DNA from: Planctomycetota bacterium
GTDB lineage: Bacteria; Planctomycetota; UBA1135; UBA2386
Reading direction: 5' to 3'
Assembly: GCA_965228735.1 (NCBI GenBank)
Contig: OZ245838.1
Span: forward strand, 1,600,001 to 1,664,000
Length of the DNA stretch: 64,000 nucleotides
The notes beneath the pieces are model-generated. The model saw nothing but the letters and a program-made list of their open reading frames with translations, was not told the DNA's origin and made no database searches. This document shows, piece by piece, positions 31,903 to 41,492 of this stretch. Positions within the stretch are counted from its first letter, which is position 1, and each line of letters begins with the position of its first letter. Both the position numbers and the translations under genes were made by a program.

Positions 31903-33534
31903 ATGAAGCTGTTGCAGAACCTGCGTTACGACCTGCCCGCCAGTGTGGTGGTGGTCTTCGTCGCGATCCCGCTTTGCCTCGGCATCGCGCTCGCGAGTGG
32001 CGCACCGTTGTTCGCCGGGCTGATCGCGGGCGTGATCGGCGGCATCGTCGTGGGCGCGATCAGCCGGTCGCCGCTCGGCGTCTCCGGCCCCGCGGCCGGC
32101 CTGGCCGTGATCGTCTACAACGCGATCGAGACGCTCGGCAGCTTCCCGACGTTCCTCGTCGCCGTCGTGCTCGCGGGTGTGATGCAGGTCGCGATGGGAC
32201 TCGCCCGCGCCGGCACCCTGGGCTACTTCTTCCCGTCCGCGGTGATCAAGGGCATGCTCGCCGGCATCGGGATCATCATCGTCCTCAAGCAGATCCCGCA
32301 CGCGTTCGGCTACGACGCGGACCCGGAGGGCGAACTGCAATTCATCCAGCCCGACGGCGAGACGACGCTGAGCAGCCTGTCGCGCATGCTCGAGAACGTC
32401 GAGCCGAGCGCGATCCTCGTCAGCGGCGTCGCGCTCGCCATCCTGCTCGTCTGGGAGAACGTCCTGGCGAAGCGGTCGGGCCTGTTCCGTATCTTCCCCG
32501 GCCCGCTTGCCGCCGTGTGCTTCGGGATCGGCTACGAGGTGATCACCACGAACTACGCCCCGGGCTGGGCCCTGAGCCGTGAGCACCTCGTGAGCGTGCC
32601 CGTGGCGGGTTCGCTCGACGAGCTCCGCGGCCTGATCACGATGCCCGCGTGGTCGGAGCTCGCCAACAGCGCGGTCTGGGTCGCCGCGATCACGATGGCC
32701 GTCGTCGCGAGCCTCGAGACGCTGCTCTGCGTGGCGGCGACCGACAAGCTCGACCCGCAGAGGCGCATTACCCCGACCAACCGCGAGCTCATCGCGCAGG
32801 GCACGGGTAACGCCGTCTCCGGTCTCATCGGCGGCCTGCCGATCACCCAGGTCATCGTGCGCAGCTCCGCCAACATCCAGTCGGGCGGCCGCACCAAGAC
32901 CTCGGCGATCCTGCACGGCGTGTGGCTGCTGCTGTTCGTCGCGCTCGTGCCGAGCCTGCTCAACCTCATCCCGCTCGCGGTGCTCGCGAGCATCCTGTTC
33001 GTCGTCGGCTACAAGCTGGCGCGGCCGGCGTTGTTCAAGCAGATGTGGTCGCTCGGCATGGCACAGTTCCTGCCGTTCATCGTCACGATCCTCGGCATCG
33101 CGTTGACGGACCTGCTCACGGGCATCGGCGTCGGCCTCGCGGTCGCGGTCCTCGTGATCCTGCGCCGCAATTACATGAACTCGCACTTCCTGCACATGCG
33201 GGACTCGGAGGGGCCGGACCATCGGCACACCATCCGCATGCGGCTGTCCGAGGAGGTCACGTTCCTCAACAAGGGCGCGATCGTGAAGGAGCTCGACGGC
33301 GTGCCGGACGGCTCCCTGGTCGAGATCGACGCGAGCGCTGCCGTGGTGCTCGACTACGACGTCGTCGAGGTCATCGAGGACTTCGAGGCGAACGCGAAGA
33401 CGCGCGGTATCGAGGTGCGGGTCATCCGCGAGGCGCAACCCAAGCCCATCCCGATGCAGCCACGCAACCCTGGCCAGGGCGCCGGCAGCGACGAGGGCAA
33501 CGATCAGCGCGCGACGTCGTCCCTCAGCAACTGA
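31903..33534 (+). CDS. SulP/SLC26 inorganic anion transporter with STAS-like C-terminus
   Basis: AIPLCLGIALASGAP, VSGPAAG, NRELIAQG.GN, VIVRSSAN; AAGGAG SD. Confidence 0.93.
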   Translation: MKLLQNLRYDLPASVVVVFVAIPLCLGIALASGAPLFAGLIAGVIGGIVVGAISRSPLGVSGPAAGLAVIVYNAIETLGSFPTFLVAVVLAGVMQVAMGLARAGTLGYFFPSAVIKGMLAGIGIIIVLKQIPHAFGYDADPEGELQFIQPDGETTLSSLSRMLENVEPSAILVSGVALAILLVWENVLAKRSGLFRIFPGPLAAVCFGIGYEVITTNYAPGWALSREHLVSVPVAGSLDELRGLITMPAWSELANSAVWVAAITMAVVASLETLLCVAATDKLDPQRRITPTNRELIAQGTGNAVSGLIGGLPITQVIVRSSANIQSGGRTKTSAILHGVWLLLFVALVPSLLNLIPLAVLASILFVVGYKLARPALFKQMWSLGMAQFLPFIVTILGIALTDLLTGIGVGLAVAVLVILRRNYMNSHFLHMRDSEGPDHRHTIRMRLSEEVTFLNKGAIVKELDGVPDGSLVEIDASAAVVLDYDVVEVIEDFEANAKTRGIEVRVIREAQPKPIPMQPRNPGQGAGSDEGNDQRATSSLSN

Positions 33535-33680
33535 GTGGCGGGAACTGAGAGCGCTGGGCAGCTGACCGGCCGGGCAACCGACTGGCGGGATCACCGGGCA
33601 ACCGGGTCGTCGGGCGCGGGTACCGCGCGGCTTCACGGCTGGCGTGGGCGCGGGCCGCCGCTCACCCGCGGAGCGTTCGC

Positions 33681-34232
33681 TCAGCGCGGCAGTGCGATCC
33701 GGCGCGCGCGCTCGGCGCCCTTCGTCGGCTTCGGTCGCGGGAGCTCCTGCACGCCGAGCGCCTGGCGCACGCGGTGAACGTACATCTCCACCGTCATGTC
33801 CTTGGTGTGCGGCACCCCGAGGATCGCGCCGATCTCCTTCGTGAGCTCCATGTCGTCGGCGAACGACCAGGCCTCGCTCTGGAAGAACTCGCGGAGCATC
33901 TTCTTGAACGCCCGACGCGAGCTGTAGGCCCCGATCGCGTAGACCGCGCACGCGAAACCGATGATCGCAGCGCAGAGCACGAGCGTGCCGACCTGCATGT
34001 CCCACTGGGCCACGACCTGAAGCAGGAACCCGGTCGTGAGGAACAGGAAGCCCAACATGACCTGCATGTTGTTGAGCGCGGTATCGCGGATCCGCATGAC
34101 GCTCTTCATCCCCACGCCCAGGGCGTCGGCGAGCGCCTTGCGCGGTTCGCGCAGGCGGATCGAGTTCGCCAGGAAGAACACCCCGACGACGTTGCAGGTC
34201 AAGCCGACTACGGCAAGTTCAGGACTATCCAT
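33681..34232 (-). CDS. hypothetical membrane protein
   Basis: Three TM segments, typical codon bias. Confidence 0.75.
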   Translation of the reverse strand: MDSPELAVVGLTCNVVGVFFLANSIRLREPRKALADALGVGMKSVMRIRDTALNNMQVMLGFLFLTTGFLLQVVAQWDMQVGTLVLCAAIIGFACAVYAIGAYSSRRAFKKMLREFFQSEAWSFADDMELTKEIGAILGVPHTKDMTVEMYVHRVRQALGVQELPRPKPTKGAERARRIALPR

Positions 34233-34527
34233 GGTGAGGAGAAGCCAGACGTGAGACACCCGGCCCGCCGAGCCGGCCAGGCACCGCGGTGCCAGGACAA
34301 CTGCAACGGGACACCCTGAGCTGACCCACAGGGGTTGATGGCCTTCCGGTCGGGCGACCCGGGGCGAATCGTAGCGAATCCAGGCCCGGCCCGCTACGGG
34401 GATTGTGCGGGTCCGGGGGGATGCCGGGCCCCCGCCATGCCCGGCCCGGACCGGCGCAACCCCGGGCCCGGGATCAAGATCCGAAAGCGGGCTTGCCGAT
34501 TCGGAGATCCTGGCGAGGATGCGCCCG

Positions 34528-34821
34528 ATGTCCGAGATACCGATCGACCGTACAGAACTGCAGCGGCTGTGCGAGCTGGCGCGGCTGCACCTGCCCGCGG
34601 ACCGCGAGGCCGCGCTGCTCGGCCAGCTCCAGCGCATCGTCGACGCTTTCGGTCAGCTGCGCGCGGTCGACACGAGCAGCCTCGACGACGGCGCGGCGCC
34701 GACGGCCACCCCGCTGCGCGCCGACGAGCCCGAAGCCCCGCTGCCGACCGAGGCCGTGCTCGCGAACGCGCCCCAGCGCGCGGCCAACTGCTTCGTCGTT
34801 CCGCGAGTCGTCGACGCATGA
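34528..34821 (+). CDS. gatC: Asp/Glu-tRNA amidotransferase subunit C
   Basis: LARL, LRADEP, LANAP, FVVPRV; precedes gatA. Confidence 0.92.
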   Translation: MSEIPIDRTELQRLCELARLHLPADREAALLGQLQRIVDAFGQLRAVDTSSLDDGAAPTATPLRADEPEAPLPTEAVLANAPQRAANCFVVPRVVDA

Positions 34822-36311
34822 GCGGCGCCCGCATCACGCTCTCCGTGGCGGACCTCGCCGCCTCGATCCAGAGCGGCGAGCGCACGGCGGTCGCGACGGC
34901 GCAGGCCGCGTTGGCTCGCGCCGCGGCGACCAACGACGCGACGGGTGCGTTCCTCGGCATCGACGAGGAACGCGTGCTCGCGGACGCCGCTCGGGTCGAC
35001 GAACGGCGAGAACGCGGCGACGCGCTCGGGCCGCTGGCCGGCGTGCCGATCGCGTGGAAGGACAACCTCGTGCGCGCGGGCGCGCTCGCGACCGCGGGCA
35101 GCCGGCTGCTCGAGACGTTCCGTTCGCCCTACACGGCGACCGTGCTCGACCGCCTCGAACGCGCGGACGCCGTCCTCCTCGGTCGGACCAACCTCGACGA
35201 GTTCGGCATGGGCAGCACGACGGAGAACTCGGCGTTCGCGCCGACGAAGAACCCGTGGGACCAAAGCCTCGTGCCCGGCGGGAGCAGCGGCGGCTCGGCG
35301 GCCGCGGTCGCGGCGGACGCGTGCCCGCTCGCGATCGGCAGCGATACGGGTGGCTCGGTCCGGCAGCCAGCGTCGTTCTGCGGCGTGACCGGCCTCAAGC
35401 CGACCTATGGCCGCGTCAGCCGCTACGGCCTCATCGCCTACGCCAGTTCGCTCGATTGCGTCGGCGCCCTCGCGCACACGGCCGCGGACCTGCGCCCGTG
35501 GCTGGCTGCGGCGGAAGGGCAGGATCCGGCCGATCCGACGAGCATCGCGCCGCTCCGGGACGAGGCCGCGACCGCGCGCGACAACCTCGAGGGCCTGCGC
35601 GTGGGCCTGCCCTGGCAGCTCAACGGTCCCGGGGTCGACGACGAGGTGGCGGCCTGCGTGCAGCAGGCGAGGCAGGACCTCGAGAACCTCGGCGCAACCG
35701 TCACGGAGTGTTCGCTGCCGGCCGTCGAGCACGCGGTGCCGACCTATTACCTCGTCGCCGCGGCCGAGGCGTCCTCCAACCTCGCGCGCTACGACGGCGT
35801 CCGCTACGGCGCGCGCCGCGACGGCCGCCGCATCGAGTCGATGATGGCGGCGACGCGATCGAGCGGGTTCGGCGCCGAGGTGCAGCTACGCATCCTGCTC
35901 GGCACGTTCGCGCTGCGCGCGGGCTATCACGACGAGTTCTACGGTCAGGCGACGCGCGTCCGCGAGCTGCTGCGCCGCGAGTTCGCGAGCCTGTTCGGCG
36001 ACTTCGACGTGCTGCTCGCGCCGACGTCGCCCGTGCCGCCGTTCGCGATCGGCGCCCGCATCGACGACCCGCTCGCCATGTATCTGTGCGATGCGCTCAC
36101 CGTGCCCGCGAGCCTCGCCGGCATTCCGGCGCTGTCCCTGCCCGCGGGTCGCACCGCCGACGGCCGCCCGATCGGACTGCAGTGCATGGCCGCACACAAC
36201 CACGACGAGCTGCTGCTGCGAGTCGGCGAGCTCTTCCAGCAGCACACCACCCATCACGCGGCCCGCCCGGTGCTCGCCGGCGACGACGCCGGTCGGGAGG
36301 ACGCCCGATGA
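34818..36311 (+). CDS. gatA: Asp/Glu-tRNA amidotransferase subunit A
   Basis: Amidase signature PGGSSGGSAAAV, GSDTGGSVRQPA, SSNLARYDGVRYG. Confidence 0.96.
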   Translation: MSGARITLSVADLAASIQSGERTAVATAQAALARAAATNDATGAFLGIDEERVLADAARVDERRERGDALGPLAGVPIAWKDNLVRAGALATAGSRLLETFRSPYTATVLDRLERADAVLLGRTNLDEFGMGSTTENSAFAPTKNPWDQSLVPGGSSGGSAAAVAADACPLAIGSDTGGSVRQPASFCGVTGLKPTYGRVSRYGLIAYASSLDCVGALAHTAADLRPWLAAAEGQDPADPTSIAPLRDEAATARDNLEGLRVGLPWQLNGPGVDDEVAACVQQARQDLENLGATVTECSLPAVEHAVPTYYLVAAAEASSNLARYDGVRYGARRDGRRIESMMAATRSSGFGAEVQLRILLGTFALRAGYHDEFYGQATRVRELLRREFASLFGDFDVLLAPTSPVPPFAIGARIDDPLAMYLCDALTVPASLAGIPALSLPAGRTADGRPIGLQCMAAHNHDELLLRVGELFQQHTTHHAARPVLAGDDAGREDAR

Positions 36312-37738
36312 GCAGCGTCGCGGCGTTCACGACCGTCATCGGCCTCGAGGTGCACGTGCAGCTCGCGACCGCGAGCAAGCTGTTCTCGCCGGCTCCCGCC
36401 GATTCGCTCGGCGATCCCAACACCCGCGTGCAGACCGTCGACCTCGGACTGCCGGGCGTCCTGCCGCGGCTCAACGAACGCGCCGTCGAACTCGCGATCC
36501 GCGCCGCACTCGCGGTCGACAGCGAGCTGCAGCCCGTGTCGTTCTTCGCCCGCAAGAACTACTTCTACCCCGACCTGCCGAAGGGCTACCAGATCAGCCA
36601 GTTCGACCGCCCCTACTGCCGCGGCGGCAGCGTGGCGGTCGGCGACGACCGGACGTGCCGGCTCGAACGCATCCACATGGAGGAGGACGCCGGCAAGCTC
36701 GTGCACACCGAGGCCGGCACGCTAGTCGACCTCAACCGCGCCGGCATTCCGCTGATCGAGATCGTCTCCGAGCCGGACATGCGCACGCCCGGCGAGGCCG
36801 CGACGTTCCTCACCAACCTGCGCGAGATCCTGCGCTTCGCCGGCGTGAGCGACTGCGACATGGATCTCGGCTCGATGCGCTGCGATGCCAACATCTCGCT
36901 CATGCCCGTCGGGGCGAGCGAGTACGGCACGAAGGTCGAGCTGAAGAACCTCAACTCGATCAAGATGGTCCAGCGCGCCCTCGAGTACGAAGAACGGCGC
37001 CAGACCGCGATCCTCGCCGCCTCTGGCACGGTCGCGGCCGAGACCCGCGGGTGGCTCGACGAACGCGGCGAGTCGCGCCCACAGCGCAGCAAGGAGTCGG
37101 CGCCCGACTACCGCTACTTCCCCGACCCCGACCTGCCGCCGCTCGTACTCGACGACGCGCTCGTTCGGCGCGTTCGGGACTCGCTCTCGGAGCTGCCGTC
37201 CGCGCGCCGCGCCCGCTTCGCGAAGGACTACGGCCTGCCCGACTACGACATCGGGGTGCTCACGCAGGACCGCGCCCTCGGCGACTGGTTCGAGGCGACG
37301 GTCGCGGCCGGCGCCGAACCGAAGGCCGCGAGCAACTGGATCATGACCGACGTGCTCGGCGCCGTGCGCGAGTTCAAGATCGGCCTCGACCAGCTGCGCG
37401 TCACCCCGGCGCGCCTCGCCGAGCTGCTCGCACTGCTCGCCAGCAAGGCGCTGACGGCGGTCGCGGCGAAGAAGGTGTTCGTGCACATGCACGAGAACGA
37501 CCTGCCGGCCGCCGATGCGATGCGCGCCCTGGGCCTCGAACGCATCGCCGATCCGGCCCAGCTGCAGCCGCTCGTCGAGGCCGCGATCGCCGCATTGCCG
37601 AAGGCCGCGGCGGACGTGAAGAACGGCATCGAGAAGCCGCTCGACGCCCTCAAGGGCAACGTGATGCGCGCGACCAAGGGCCGCGCCGACCCGCACGTCG
37701 TGGAGACGCTCCTCCGCCAGACGATCGCCCACAGCTGA
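36308..37738 (+). CDS. gatB: Asp/Glu-tRNA amidotransferase subunit B
   Basis: IGLEVHVQL, RKNYFYPDLPKGYQISQ, HMEEDAGK, DYRYFPDPDL. Confidence 0.97.
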   Translation: MSSVAAFTTVIGLEVHVQLATASKLFSPAPADSLGDPNTRVQTVDLGLPGVLPRLNERAVELAIRAALAVDSELQPVSFFARKNYFYPDLPKGYQISQFDRPYCRGGSVAVGDDRTCRLERIHMEEDAGKLVHTEAGTLVDLNRAGIPLIEIVSEPDMRTPGEAATFLTNLREILRFAGVSDCDMDLGSMRCDANISLMPVGASEYGTKVELKNLNSIKMVQRALEYEERRQTAILAASGTVAAETRGWLDERGESRPQRSKESAPDYRYFPDPDLPPLVLDDALVRRVRDSLSELPSARRARFAKDYGLPDYDIGVLTQDRALGDWFEATVAAGAEPKAASNWIMTDVLGAVREFKIGLDQLRVTPARLAELLALLASKALTAVAAKKVFVHMHENDLPAADAMRALGLERIADPAQLQPLVEAAIAALPKAAADVKNGIEKPLDALKGNVMRATKGRADPHVVETLLRQTIAHS

Positions 37739-37742
37739 TCGG

Positions 37743-37857
37743 TGGCGGTACCGAACCCGCTTTGATTCCGCCACCCGCTCCCGTTCGCAACTACCGCGGT
37801 TGCATCCCCTTGCCGCCGGGCGGTGGTGGCGGATCTGAAACGGGTTCGGTACCGCCA
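37743..37857. repeat. 115-bp palindromic REP/REPIN-like element, copy 2 (intact)
   Basis: 31-bp arms at 37743-37773 and 37827-37857 with a 53-bp spacer; same family as the element at 3914. Confidence 0.92.
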
Positions 37858-37901
37858 CTGCTCGAGTCGTCGTGCCGGCTTCATCGCATAGGATCGGTCG
37901 C

Positions 37902-40238
37902 ATGCCCGGCAGCCGACCCTGGACATTTGCCATCGCCATCGGGATCGGGTCGTTGACCGCCCAGACCGAGATCCGCGAGTCCCTCGATCAGGCCGACGGA
38001 CGCTGGCGTCGGGTCACGCTCGTAGCAGACGGGCAGCGCGCCGGCGCCGCGCGGTTCACCGCCGACGATGCCCGCATCGACCTCGGCCCGTGCCCGGTGG
38101 ATTCGCGGCAATCGTTCACGCTGCGCTGCGCGCTCCGCACGAGCCACGCGGGGTTCTGCACGCCGCTCATGGCGCGCGCCGGCAACGCGGTCGGGCTGTC
38201 GCTCGTCATGGGCCGCACGCCCGGACACGTGTCGTTCGAAGCCTGGTCGTGGGGCTCGGTCAAGCTGCCCTCACACGTCCGGGTCGACGACGGCGCGTGG
38301 CACGCGATCGAGGTGGCGTACGACTCCGCGACCACGATGGCCGCGCTGTTCGTCGACGGCGAACTCTCGGGCTGCACGACGCTCGGCCCCGGTCGGTCGC
38401 CGCACGCGACCCTGCGGCTCGGCAACAACATCGGCGCCCATCAGCCGTATCCGGGCGACATCGACGAGGTGTCGGTCACCGCGGGGCACGACCGCGACGC
38501 GCTGTTCGAACGGCTCCGGCCGGTATTGACCGACGCCGAACGCAAAGCCGCGCTCGCGGCACTGCGTGACGTCGCGTTGCCGCGCCGCACCCCCGCCCTC
38601 GCTGCCGAACGCGCTGCCGACTGGCCAGCGCGTCGCGCGGTGGTGCGGGAGCACGTCGCCGACGCGCTCGGCCTCCTGCCCGAGCCACCGAACGTGCCGT
38701 TCGACGTGCAGGTCCACGGCGAGCTGCGCAAGCCCGGCCTGCGACTGCAGCGCGTCAGCTGGATCGGCTTTCCCGGCATGCGGGCGACGGGCTGGCTCTG
38801 GTTACCGGATCCCCGACCAGCAGGTCGACTGCCGACGATCCTCTGCCCGCACGGCCACTGGCAGAACGGCGCGCGCCATCCGGTCGTGCAGGCCCGCTGC
38901 GCCGCGTTCGCGCGCTTCGGCTGGCTCGCGCTCGCCGTCGACAGCGTGCACGTCGAGGACGTCGCGGCGGGCGTGAACTCCGTCGGCGCGATGACGTGGC
39001 ACAACCAGCGCGCGCTGTCGTGGTTGCTCGCGCGCGACGACGTCGATCCGGAACGCGTCGCGGTGACCGGCGCGAGCGGCGGCGGCCAGCAGAGCTACTA
39101 CCTCATGGCGCTCGAGGATCGCATCGCGGCCGCCGCACCGATCGTCATGGCGTGCTACCTGCACGAGATCATCGCCGACACGAGCGCGCACTGCGGCTGC
39201 AATCACACGCCGAGGCTCGTCGCCGGCACCGACGTGCCCGAGATGTGCGCGGTGTTCGCGCCGCGCCCCGCGTTCTTCGGCACGGTCACGGGCGATTGGA
39301 CGCGCAACTTCCCGCGCCAAGGGCTGCCGGAGCTCACGGCACACTGGCAGAGACTCGGCGACCGCGCGCCCGCGTCGCGCCACGCCGACGAGGGACACAA
39401 CTACGACCGACCGATGCGCGAGGCGGTCTACGCGTTCTTGCACGAGCACCTGCTCGGGCAGGTCGGCCCCGTTGCCGAGCCCGACGGCGAACTGTTCGCG
39501 CTCGCCGAGTTCGAGCCGCTGGTGCGCGCTCGCCCGAACGCGACGCTCGATCATCGCGCGCTCGCGAACGAGCACCTCACGCGCCGACGACCGGTAGCAC
39601 ACCTCGCGGCGTTGGCGCCCGGACTGCCAGGGTTGGCGACGCCGCCGATCCGACCCGGCACGCTCGCCTGGCTGGACGATCCGGCGATCGAGTTCCGCCG
39701 CGGAACGGTGACGGGCGAGGACGGCGTGCCGATCCCGATCCGCAGTCGGCGGCAGGCGAGCCCCGACGATCGCGAGGGCTTCACCGCGCCAGTCACGGTC
39801 TGGATCGATCCGCGCGGCAGCGCGACGCTGCTGGCGCATGCCGCGGCCTTCGAAGACTCGGATCACGTCCTCGTCGACCCGCGGCCCTACGGTGAATGGT
39901 CCCAGTTCCGTCAGCCGTGGCAGCGCAACGGCCTGATCCTCGGGCGCGGCGAGGGCTATCAGGCGGCCGTCGACGTCGCGCTGGTGTGCCAGAGCCTCGA
40001 GGGCAGCCCGCCCATAATCCTGCGGGCGCACGGCGAGGCCGGCGTGATAGCAACGCTTGCCGCCACGCTGACCGATCGGGTCGTCGAAGTGCAGACCGAG
40101 CCGCTCGGAGCGACGTATCGCGAGAACGGCAATCGCCGCCCGCTGTGCCCCGAGCTACTGCGCTTCGGCGACCTGCCCGATCTCGTCGAGCGGCTCCCCG
40201 CCCGCGTCCGTCACGTCGTCCTGCCGGCGACGCGTTGA
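37902..40238 (+). CDS. secreted LamG-like jellyroll plus alpha/beta-hydrolase (acetylxylan-esterase-like)
   Basis: VDDGAWH..LFVDG..GDIDEV; LCPHGH, VTGASGGG nucleophile elbow, GHNY. Confidence 0.8.
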   Translation: MPGSRPWTFAIAIGIGSLTAQTEIRESLDQADGRWRRVTLVADGQRAGAARFTADDARIDLGPCPVDSRQSFTLRCALRTSHAGFCTPLMARAGNAVGLSLVMGRTPGHVSFEAWSWGSVKLPSHVRVDDGAWHAIEVAYDSATTMAALFVDGELSGCTTLGPGRSPHATLRLGNNIGAHQPYPGDIDEVSVTAGHDRDALFERLRPVLTDAERKAALAALRDVALPRRTPALAAERAADWPARRAVVREHVADALGLLPEPPNVPFDVQVHGELRKPGLRLQRVSWIGFPGMRATGWLWLPDPRPAGRLPTILCPHGHWQNGARHPVVQARCAAFARFGWLALAVDSVHVEDVAAGVNSVGAMTWHNQRALSWLLARDDVDPERVAVTGASGGGQQSYYLMALEDRIAAAAPIVMACYLHEIIADTSAHCGCNHTPRLVAGTDVPEMCAVFAPRPAFFGTVTGDWTRNFPRQGLPELTAHWQRLGDRAPASRHADEGHNYDRPMREAVYAFLHEHLLGQVGPVAEPDGELFALAEFEPLVRARPNATLDHRALANEHLTRRRPVAHLAALAPGLPGLATPPIRPGTLAWLDDPAIEFRRGTVTGEDGVPIPIRSRRQASPDDREGFTAPVTVWIDPRGSATLLAHAAAFEDSDHVLVDPRPYGEWSQFRQPWQRNGLILGRGEGYQAAVDVALVCQSLEGSPPIILRAHGEAGVIATLAATLTDRVVEVQTEPLGATYRENGNRRPLCPELLRFGDLPDLVERLPARVRHVVLPATR

Positions 40239-41486
40239 GCCGCGGAGCGCGCGCACGAGTCCGAACGCGGCCGCGCCGGTGAGCACGAACACGAGCGGCC
40301 GGAACGGCTGCAGATAGCGCGGGTCCGGAATCACGGGCAGGTACGCGAGCGTCGCCGTGACGACAACGAGGCCGACCGCGCTCGCCTCGGGGCCGAACCG
40401 CCGCCTCGGGTTCCATGCCAACGCGACGGCCCCAACGGCGGCGAGGATCATCACCGGCCAGTGCAGCCACTTCATCAGCAGGTAGCTCGCGCGCATCACC
40501 GGCTGGTCGTCGTACGGGGAGTTCGCGAGCTCGTACACGTAGACATCGACGCCCTGCACGATCTCCCAGCCCCAGAGCCAGACCGGTTTCTCGAACACGT
40601 ACCAGCTCGCGTAGCGCCACGGCTCGGCCGCGACGCGTTCGGACAACACGTCGTAGAGCCCCTGCCACGACGCGCCGAACTCGGGCTGCGCCGGGTCCTC
40701 GTGATACGGGAAGCCGCGCAGCCGTGGGTTCTCCCACACCATGCCGGGGTAGGAGCCGTGGCTGATCGACGCGGTCGCGCGCGCGCTGCCGACGCGTTCG
40801 AGTTCGGTCGTCTGGTTGCGCACGGTCCAGCCGCAGAACGGCAACAGCGCGATCACGGCGAGCGGCAGCGCGCTGCGCAGGCCGTGCGCGCGCCACTCGA
40901 CGAAGCCGAGCACGAACGGCACGAAGAGCAGGACCTCGTTGCAGAGACTGGCGTAGCCGAGCACGAGCGCACCGAGCACGCGTCGTGGCTCGAAGACCTT
41001 CTCGCCGGCACTGCCGAGCCAGAGCCAGAGCCCGAGCGTCAGCACGAACGTCGTCAGACACTCGGTCAGGACGAACGCGGGCGCGGTGACGAGATGCGGG
41101 CTCAGGGCCATCAGCACCGCGGCGGTGAAGCTCGGCCAGAAGTCGAGGAAGCGTCGCGCGAGCAGATAGCCGAGCAGGACCGTCAGGCCGGAGAGCGCGA
41201 CCTGCACGCCCCACAACAGCCGCACCCACGACTCACCGCCGCACAGTCGGCAAACGGCAGCGAACACCGGAAACCCCGGCGACCGGAACGAATCCGGCGG
41301 CGGCGGCTCGCGTTCGGCGAACGAGTAGACGCCGTGCTCGACGAGGTTGTGACCGTACTGCGCGTACTGCCCGGCGTCCGCCCGCAGCGGGTTCGGCTGA
41401 TGTGACGTCGCGACGAAGCCCCACCGCAGGGCAATCGCGATCGCGACGACGATCAGGACCAGGACGGCGCGTTCCGCGGGCTTCAC
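40155..41486 (-). CDS. GT-C/PMT (ArnT/GT39-like) membrane glycosyltransferase
   Basis: DAGQY..GHNL, FRSPGFP, VLTE, many TM helices, PRY. Confidence 0.78.
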   Translation of the reverse strand: MKPAERAVLVLIVVAIAIALRWGFVATSHQPNPLRADAGQYAQYGHNLVEHGVYSFAEREPPPPDSFRSPGFPVFAAVCRLCGGESWVRLLWGVQVALSGLTVLLGYLLARRFLDFWPSFTAAVLMALSPHLVTAPAFVLTECLTTFVLTLGLWLWLGSAGEKVFEPRRVLGALVLGYASLCNEVLLFVPFVLGFVEWRAHGLRSALPLAVIALLPFCGWTVRNQTTELERVGSARATASISHGSYPGMVWENPRLRGFPYHEDPAQPEFGASWQGLYDVLSERVAAEPWRYASWYVFEKPVWLWGWEIVQGVDVYVYELANSPYDDQPVMRASYLLMKWLHWPVMILAAVGAVALAWNPRRRFGPEASAVGLVVVTATLAYLPVIPDPRYLQPFRPLVFVLTGAAAFGLVRALRGSTRRRQDDVTDAGGEPLDEIGQVAEAQ

Positions 41487-41492
41487 GCCCTC

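Noticed and set aside
33556..33616. Degenerate short repeats after SulP
   Set aside because: Only 2-3 poor units in very GC-rich DNA
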